Made by a program: the position numbers and the translations under genes. From Pseudomonadota bacterium (lineage in GTDB: Bacteria; Pseudomonadota; Gammaproteobacteria; JAKAQQ01), in assembly GCA_027320085.1 (NCBI GenBank), contig DAHVLZ010000025.1, positions 1 to 14,430 on the forward strand: 14,430 nucleotides of DNA, written 5' to 3'. Within the stretch, counting starts at the first letter, position 1. The number at the start of each line of letters is the position of its first letter. Below the pieces are notes generated by a model that saw only the letters and a program-made list of their open reading frames with translations, did no database searches and was not told where the DNA came from. This document shows positions 9,052 to 14,430 of this stretch, piece after piece.

Positions 9052-10203
9052 ATGGAGGCCCAGGACCCCTCCGCCCCGCCTTCCCCCCTCCGGGGCTTCT
9101 GGGCGCGACGAATCGAGCGTCGCCTAGCCGCCGCCGGCGTGCGGCTCAATGGTCCCGAGCCGGAAGGCATCACCGTTTACGATCCCGCATTTTTTCGCCA
9201 GATCGCCTTTCGGGGAACAATTGGTTTCGGCGAGTCCTACATGGAGGGCGGGTGGGACAGCCGGGCGCTCGAGGAGTGCCTGGAAAAACTTCTTCGCTAC
9301 GACCTCGACGAGACCGAAGGCCACCTCTCCAAAACCCTCCGGATGCTGATCGGCCGACTCATCAATCGGCAATCCCCAAGACGGGCATTCGTGATCGGAC
9401 GCCGTCATTACGATCGAAGCCTGGCACTTTTCGAGGCCATGCTGGACTCCCGTCTCCTCTACAGCTGCGGGTACTGGAAAACGGCCCAGACCCTCGAGGA
9501 GGCCCAGGAAGCCAAGTGCGACCTCATCTGCCGGAAGCTCGACCTCAAGCCCGGACTCGAGCTCCTGGACATCGGTTGCGGGTTCGGTGGATTCGCACGT
9601 TATGCGGCCGATCGCTACGGCGTGAGCGTGCACGGCATCACGGTCTCCAGGGACCAGTACGACTACGCGTGCAAACAGTCCGGGGGCCGACCCCTCCGTT
9701 TCGATCTCATGGATTATCGCAATCTCAAGGGATCCTATGACCGCATCGTTTCGGTGGGCATGTTCGAACACGTGGGTGCAAAAAACTACCGCCGTTTCTT
9801 TCAAACGGTCCGCCGGGTCCTGCGCCCGGACGGCCTGTTCCTCCTGCACTCCATCGGCGGCAACCGCTCACGGACCCGGACGGATCCCTGGATCGAGCGC
9901 TACATCTTTCCGAACAGCCTGGTCCCATCGGCCGCCCAGATCACCCAGGCCCTGGAGGGCCTCTTCGTTCTCGAGGACTGGCACAACTTCGGGGCGGATT
10001 ACGAAAAAACCCTGCGCGCCTGGCACCAGCGCTTCGAGGCCGCCTGGCCGGATCTGGCCTCTCAGCACGACCCCTGTTTCCACCGCATGTGGCGCCTCTA
10101 CCTCCTGGCCAGCGCGGCGGAGTTCAAGCTCAGGAAACTCCAGCTGTGGCAGCTCGTCCTCTCACCGCACGGAGTTCCGGGCGGTTACCGGGCACCCCGC
10201 TAG
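9052..10203 (+). CDS. cfa: Cyclopropane-fatty-acyl-phospholipid synthase (SAM-dependent), 383 aa
   Basis: GFGESYMEG, HYD, YSCGYW, SAM motif LLDIGCGFGG, DRIVSVGMFEHVG, LLHSI, DPWIERYIFPN, EDWHNFGADY, RMWRLYL. Length matches E. coli Cfa. Starts 7 nt after sulfotransferase 3. Confidence 0.93.
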   Translation: MEAQDPSAPPSPLRGFWARRIERRLAAAGVRLNGPEPEGITVYDPAFFRQIAFRGTIGFGESYMEGGWDSRALEECLEKLLRYDLDETEGHLSKTLRMLIGRLINRQSPRRAFVIGRRHYDRSLALFEAMLDSRLLYSCGYWKTAQTLEEAQEAKCDLICRKLDLKPGLELLDIGCGFGGFARYAADRYGVSVHGITVSRDQYDYACKQSGGRPLRFDLMDYRNLKGSYDRIVSVGMFEHVGAKNYRRFFQTVRRVLRPDGLFLLHSIGGNRSRTRTDPWIERYIFPNSLVPSAAQITQALEGLFVLEDWHNFGADYEKTLRAWHQRFEAAWPDLASQHDPCFHRMWRLYLLASAAEFKLRKLQLWQLVLSPHGVPGGYRAPR

Positions 10204-10253
10204 TCACAATGGAACGACCGGTTCCCGATTTGCAGCGGCGCGGCACAGGAGGA

Positions 10254-10333
10254 GGTGATGTCGCCGGCGACACCCGATCCGGTGGCTTGACCGCGAATTG
10301 GCGGTTCAGGGTATTGACCACCACCGGCAGATC
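10254..10333 (-). pseudogene. Frameshifted fragment of an IS3-family transposase (start of the integrase core)
   Basis: Minus strand reads DLPVVVNTLNRQFAVKPPDRV, then 2 nt (TC) where a Trp codon is expected, then AGDIT. This matches the IS3-family pattern LPVA.N.LNRQF....PN.VW.GDITY, which carries the first catalytic Asp. Confidence 0.7.
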
Positions 10334-10414
10334 TTTTCAACATCCTGCGCCGCCCTGACTCTCGCGCGACGGCTTATTCGAGTGCCACTCGGGTATAGGC
10401 CCAATCGGACACGC

Positions 10415-10696
10415 TCAACCGAAAAGCTCACTGTGCGAGCCAAGCCGCGCAAGCCTGAGCGTGTCGGCATCCGACTTGCGATGGATCAGCAGCAAGTCAG
10501 GCTTGATGTGACATTCCCGGTAGCCTGCCCAATCGCCGCTCAGGTCATGGTCGCGGTGTTGGGCGTCAAGAGGTTGGTCCATCACCAGCGCCACGAGAAC
10601 GGGCCCCCGATCACGATCGAGCGTGCCCCGGTGCTGGCCTTTGGCCTCGCGCTTGTAATCGCGTTTGAAGGCTGAGGCGCGGTCAATCGTCCGCAT
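10415..10696 (-). CDS. yafQ: Type II TA toxin, YafQ/RelE family mRNA interferase, 93 aa
   Basis: MRTIDRASAFKRDYKR...RDHDLSGDWAGYRECHIKPDLLLI...LRLARLGSHSELF has the typical YafQ motifs. The start at 10696 overlaps the antitoxin end by 14 nt. Confidence 0.92.
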   Translation of the reverse strand: MRTIDRASAFKRDYKREAKGQHRGTLDRDRGPVLVALVMDQPLDAQHRDHDLSGDWAGYRECHIKPDLLLIHRKSDADTLRLARLGSHSELFG

Positions 10697-10952
10697 GCAG
10701 GTCTGCCATGAGAGCGTCAACGCTGGCGAATCGCTTGCTCTTTCCTGCCTCAAGTTCTGCGATGGCCTTGCGCGTGGTGGCATTGGGCACTTTCACATCG
10801 AAAGGCAAACGGCGCTCATCGGCTACGCGCAGCATCAGCAAGCGGATAGCGTCCGAGATGGACAGCCCCATGGCTTCGAGCGCGTCAGCAGCCCGCTCCT
10901 TGGTATTGGTGTCAATGCGAGCGCGGACATAGGTATCGGCGGCGGTGCTCAT
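10683..10952 (-). CDS. dinJ: Type II TA antitoxin, RelB/DinJ family, 89 aa
   Basis: Ribbon-helix-helix start VRARID..TKERA..ALEAMGLSISDAIRL, then LPF and PNATTRKAIAELEAG. Directly upstream of yafQ. ATG 10952 chosen rather than the 11102 extension. Confidence 0.9.
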   Translation of the reverse strand: MSTAADTYVRARIDTNTKERAADALEAMGLSISDAIRLLMLRVADERRLPFDVKVPNATTRKAIAELEAGKSKRFASVDALMADLHADD

Positions 10953-10953
10953 G

Positions 10954-11063
10954 GTGACTACAAACCAAGATGGGAGCGTTTCGTAACCAAGGGAGCAAGG
11001 CAAGTACCCATGGTTACGATGGAAAAGAGCTATCAGTTGTGTGGCCAACTTTTTGAGTGGTCG
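10954..11063. promoter_or_regulatory. Inverted-repeat array upstream of dinJ: res-like site and/or TA operator
   Basis: Perfect 9-bp inverted repeat TCGTAACCA (10981-10989) / TGGTTACGA (11011-11019) with a 21-nt spacer. Related degenerate half-sites lie near 10954 (GTGACTACAAA), 11041 (GTGGCCA) and 11051 (TTTTGAGTGGTC). Confidence 0.45.
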
Positions 11064-11158
11064 CCTGTGCATGTCCTGTGGATCATTCCAAGTGCTGCGC
11101 ACCGCGCACAGTGATGTGAAGTGTCACAACCGGGCTGCACCAGAACAAAGAGCCTCAC

Positions 11159-11241
11159 CCGGATCTTGCCCAGGTGTCGCCTTGCCCAAGCAGCAAAATC
11201 AACCGTGCCCGGTGCGCATCATCCGCGCGACCGCGCCTGGC
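11159..11241 (-). pseudogene. Fragment of an IS630-family transposase N-terminal HTH region
   Basis: Minus strand reads ARRGRADDAHRARLILLLGQGDTWA, then a 1-nt shift to (x)IR. This resembles IS630 N-termini (R..RA....RARLILLL..G.TW..IR). The rest of the gene is absent. Confidence 0.6.
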
Positions 11242-11282
11242 TGCTTCCTCGACGACTCGGTTCCCTGCGTCCTGCATCCGTC

Positions 11283-11314
11283 CGGGTGATCGTGTGCAGG
11301 AGCACGATCACCCG
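11283..11314. repeat. Perfect 12-bp hairpin downstream of the RND gene (possible terminator or REP-like element)
   Basis: CGGGTGATCGTG (11283-11294) / CACGATCACCCG (11303-11314) with an 8-nt loop, 35 nt past the RND stop. No U-tract on the minus strand. Confidence 0.6.
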
Positions 11315-11349
11315 ACCATTTGACGTGTAACAGTCCACCAGGCCGGCAC

Positions 11350-14300
11350 TCACGAGGTCGAGAAAACCGCGATGGACCGCGCGCGCCGCTTGCCGAAGCC
11401 GGTGAGCGCCAGGTAGATCACGGGCGTGGTGTAGAGCGTGAGGGCCTGGCTCACCAGGAGTCCTCCGATCACGGCAATGCCGAGCGGGCGCCGGGTCTGG
11501 TAGCCGGTGCCGACCGAGAACGCGAGAGGCAAGGCCCCGAGGATGGCCGCCAGTGTCGTCATCATGATCGGGCGGAAACGGACCAGGCAGGCCTCGCGGA
11601 TGGCCTCCAGGGGAGGAACGCCCCTGACCCGCTCTGTCTCCAAAGCGAAGTCGACCAGCATGATACCGTTTTTCTTGACAATGCCCATGAGAAGGAAAAT
11701 GCCGATGATCCCGATCACCGACATCGGGGTCCCCGTCAGTTCAAAGGCCAAAAGCGCCCCGACACCGGCCGAGGGAAGCGTGGACAGGATCGTGAGGGGT
11801 TGGGACAGGCTCTCATAGAGGACTCCGAGGACGATGTAGATCCCGAGGAGCGCAGCCAGGATCAGAAGCGGCTCCTCTTCGAGCGACCGGAGAAAATATT
11901 TGGCATTGCCGCCGAAGCGGATGCGCAGTCCGCCGGGCAGTCGCATCCGCCCGATGTCGCGTTCCACGCGCGTAATGGCGGGCCCCAGCCCGACCCCCGG
12001 CTTGACGTTGAAACTGATGGTGTTTTCCGGGATTCCATCGAAATGGACCACCTGCAGGGGCACTTTCGAGCGGGTGAGCCTCGCCACTTGGAGCAGCGGG
12101 ACCGGTCCCTTTGTGCCGGAGACAAAAATCCGGTTCAGATCGACGGGCGAACGGGCCCGCTTCGCCCCCACGGTCAGGATGACCTCATACTGGTTCTGGG
12201 CCCGGTAGATCCGCGAAATCGGTCGCTGGCCGAAGGCTTCGCTGAGCGCCGCATCGATCGCCGACACCGAAACGCCGAGGCGGGCGGCGCGGGTCCGGTT
12301 GATCCGGACCAGGATCTCGGTCTGGGCCCGGTTCAGGCTCGAGGAGACCGTATTGATGACCGGAAGCTTCCTCAGGCGCCCGACGATCCGTTCGGTCGAA
12401 TGGTTCAAGACTGAAAGCGAGGGATCCAGAACGGAAAAGCTGTAGGAACCGCCGTTGTTCTGGCCGCCGAAAAAGAAATCGCCGGCGATATGCAGGAAAA
12501 CCCGGACGCCGGGGATCTGGGAGAGCCGGTGTTCCAGCGCCAGGATCACCTGCTTGCCGGATTGGTGCCGTTCCGAGAGCGGCTTGAGACCGATAAACAT
12601 CGAGCCCCGGTTGGCTGTTGAAAAGCCGTTGGTGACACCCACCCGTGAACTGATCGTGGCCACCGCCGGATCCTGCCGGATGATCCCGACCACCTCGTTC
12701 TGGAGCTTTTTCATCCGGCGGAAGGACACGTCCGGCGCGGCCAGCGTCTGTCCCATCACGATCCCGGTATCCTCCTCGGGCATGAAGGTCTTGGGAATGC
12801 GGATGTAGAGGAAGATGGTGAGCACCAGGGTGAGCCCGAAGAGGGCCAGCATCGAACGGCGGTGGGCCAGCGCCCAGTCCAGGCTCCGGACATAGGCCGC
12901 AAAAAGCCACCGGGACAACTGCCCGAAGGCCACCGCCAGGCGGTTGGGAGGATGCTTTGGGGGAGGCGGGTCCTTCATGAGGTGCGCGCAGATCATGGGG
13001 GTCACCGTGAGCGAGGCCAGTCCGGAAATGCCGATGGCCACGATCAGGGTCACGGAGAACTCGTGAAAGAGTCCGCCCACAATCCCGCCCAAAAGCGCCA
13101 GCGGGAGAAAAACCACCATGAGCGATGCCGTGATCGAAAGCACGGTAAAGCCGATCTGCCGGGCCCCGCGCAGGCTGGCCTCGAAGACCGGCATGCCCCG
13201 CTCATGGTGGGCCACGATGTTTTCGATCATGACGATGGCATCATCGACCACAAAGGTGATCGCGATGGTGAGGGCCAGCAGGGAAAAGTTGTCGAGCGAA
13301 AAACCGAGCGCCCACATGGCTGCCAGGGTTCCGGCGATTGCGAGCGGGATGGTCACGCCGGCGGCCAGGGTCGGTGCCCACCGCCGCATGAAGAGGGCCA
13401 CCACGATCAGGACCAGGACCAAGGTGATGAGCAGGGTGATTTCGAGATCATCGATCCCGGCACGGATCACCGTCGTCCGGTTGGTCAGGATGGCGAGATG
13501 GATGCCGGAGGGCATGAGGCGGCGGATGGCCGGGAGCTGCCGCTCCACGCCCCCGACGGTGTTGATGATGTTGGCGGGAGGCGTCTTGGTGACGGCCACC
13601 AGGATCCCCGGTTCCCGGCCGTTGGTCGCCGCCATCTCGGTGTTGGAAACGCTGTTGACGACCGAGGCCACCGCCCCCAGTTCGAGGAGACTGCCGTTCT
13701 TGGCTTTGAGCACGATCCTCCGGTACTGAGCCGCATTCCGGAGCTGACTGTTGATCGAGAGGATGTACCCGTGGCGGCGACCCTGGATGGTTCCCAGGGG
13801 AGCGAGCACATTGGCCAAACGAACCGCGTTGTAGATGTCGTTGGGCGTGAGACCGGACGCCGCCAGCGCGGAGGGCCGGAAACGGATGCGCACCGCCGGC
13901 GATTCCCCTCCGTAAAGTGCCACCTGGGCAACTCCTTTGACCTGTGACAGCTTCTGCAAAAGGACGGTATTGCCGAAATCATAGACATCACGCAGGGAAC
14001 GCGTCCTGGAAGACAGGAACAGGGTAAGAATCGGCCGGGAAGCGGGGTTGAACTCCCGGTAGTAGGGTAAAGCCGGCATGCCCGAGGGCAGATTGGGCAG
14101 GGCGGCATCGATCGCGGCCTGGACCGCATGGGCATCCGAGTTGATGTGGCTATCCGTGCTGAACAAGAGAATGATGGAGACGGCGCCCGTCGAACTGATC
14201 GACCGGACCTCATCGAGACCCGGAATGAGCCCGAGGTCATGCTCGAGCGGAGCGGCGACCGTATTGGCCATGGTCACCGGGGAAGCGCCCGGGTCCGAGG

Positions 14301-14430
14301 CAAAAACCACGATGCCGGGGATGGGGATGCTGGGCACGGGAGCCACGGGCAGAAGCCGGTAGGCCAGCACACCCGCTGCCAGGACACCCAGCGCGAGCAG
14401 GGTCGTGCCGACGGGACGGCGGATGAACAG
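11350..14430 (-). CDS. RND efflux permease, AcrB family, MdtB/MdtC-like (5' end just outside the window)
   Basis: The frame is open to the window edge (LFIRRPVGTTLL, the typical MdtB/C N-terminus). TM4 FVVDDAIVMIENI, GIVKKNGIMLVDFA, RFRPIMMTTLAAILGALPLA, GGLLVSQALTLYTTPVIYL. Proton-relay residues are intact. Confidence 0.95.
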   Translation of the reverse strand: MFIRRPVGTTLLALGVLAAGVLAYRLLPVAPVPSIPIPGIVVFASDPGASPVTMANTVAAPLEHDLGLIPGLDEVRSISSTGAVSIILLFSTDSHINSDAHAVQAAIDAALPNLPSGMPALPYYREFNPASRPILTLFLSSRTRSLRDVYDFGNTVLLQKLSQVKGVAQVALYGGESPAVRIRFRPSALAASGLTPNDIYNAVRLANVLAPLGTIQGRRHGYILSINSQLRNAAQYRRIVLKAKNGSLLELGAVASVVNSVSNTEMAATNGREPGILVAVTKTPPANIINTVGGVERQLPAIRRLMPSGIHLAILTNRTTVIRAGIDDLEITLLITLVLVLIVVALFMRRWAPTLAAGVTIPLAIAGTLAAMWALGFSLDNFSLLALTIAITFVVDDAIVMIENIVAHHERGMPVFEASLRGARQIGFTVLSITASLMVVFLPLALLGGIVGGLFHEFSVTLIVAIGISGLASLTVTPMICAHLMKDPPPPKHPPNRLAVAFGQLSRWLFAAYVRSLDWALAHRRSMLALFGLTLVLTIFLYIRIPKTFMPEEDTGIVMGQTLAAPDVSFRRMKKLQNEVVGIIRQDPAVATISSRVGVTNGFSTANRGSMFIGLKPLSERHQSGKQVILALEHRLSQIPGVRVFLHIAGDFFFGGQNNGGSYSFSVLDPSLSVLNHSTERIVGRLRKLPVINTVSSSLNRAQTEILVRINRTRAARLGVSVSAIDAALSEAFGQRPISRIYRAQNQYEVILTVGAKRARSPVDLNRIFVSGTKGPVPLLQVARLTRSKVPLQVVHFDGIPENTISFNVKPGVGLGPAITRVERDIGRMRLPGGLRIRFGGNAKYFLRSLEEEPLLILAALLGIYIVLGVLYESLSQPLTILSTLPSAGVGALLAFELTGTPMSVIGIIGIFLLMGIVKKNGIMLVDFALETERVRGVPPLEAIREACLVRFRPIMMTTLAAILGALPLAFSVGTGYQTRRPLGIAVIGGLLVSQALTLYTTPVIYLALTGFGKRRARSIAVFSTS

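Noticed and set aside
10247-10290. Strong SD (AGGAGGAGG) plus 10-codon ORF MSPATPDPVA as a RaxX-like precursor peptide, and the 14-bp palindrome TGTCGCCGGCGACA
   Set aside because: Both largely coincide with the antisense of the IS3 AGDIT codons. The peptide has no Tyr and no other support.
10209-10358. 49-codon ORF starting 5 nt after the cfa stop
   Set aside because: Mostly antisense to the IS3 scrap, with no SD or motif.
10201-10960. TAGTCACAATG (10201-10211) versus inverted TAGTCACCATG (10960-10950) as terminal inverted repeats
   Set aside because: Only 10 of 11 bp match, one copy is the cfa stop and the other the dinJ start, and there is no target duplication. Likely chance.
10953-11102. 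Upstream extension of dinJ (and of yafQ to 10783)
   Set aside because: Family similarity begins at ATG 10952 and ATG 10696. The extensions run through the regulatory repeats or the antitoxin gene.
11115-11128. TGTGA-AGTG-TCACA as a CRP site
   Set aside because: The spacer is 4 nt rather than 6, and no linked promoter is evident.
10204-11349. Integron cassette (attC), CRISPR array or tRNA integration site around the TA pair
   Set aside because: No convincing RYYYAAC...GTTRRRY-bounded attC hairpin, no regularly spaced direct repeats, no tRNA fold and no integrase.
11320-13947. 364-aa and 361-aa plus-strand ORFs (and similar ORFs opposite the receptor)
   Set aside because: Antisense shadows of well-supported genes.

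Overview
GC-rich, probably proteobacterial window with three blocks. (1) A large Cys-rich TonB-dependent receptor (minus strand, with its own sigma70 promoter, structured 5' leader and terminator) lies divergent from a tightly packed five-gene operon: TPR-sulfotransferase, TPR-sulfotransferase, SseB-like protein, TPR-sulfotransferase, cyclopropane fatty acid synthase (cfa). (2) A ~1.1 kb patch between convergent genes holds a dinJ-yafQ toxin-antitoxin pair. It is flanked by what look like res-type repeats, a few codons of a possible Tn3-family transposase, and ~80-bp frameshifted scraps of IS3- and IS630-family transposases. (3) An MdtB/MdtC-like RND permease runs off the right edge. The best candidate for an undescribed system is the receptor plus triple TPR-sulfotransferase/SseB/cfa locus. 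Exported protein regions look depleted of acidic residues, hinting at an acidophilic host. All family calls come from motif recognition by eye, and no searches were run.
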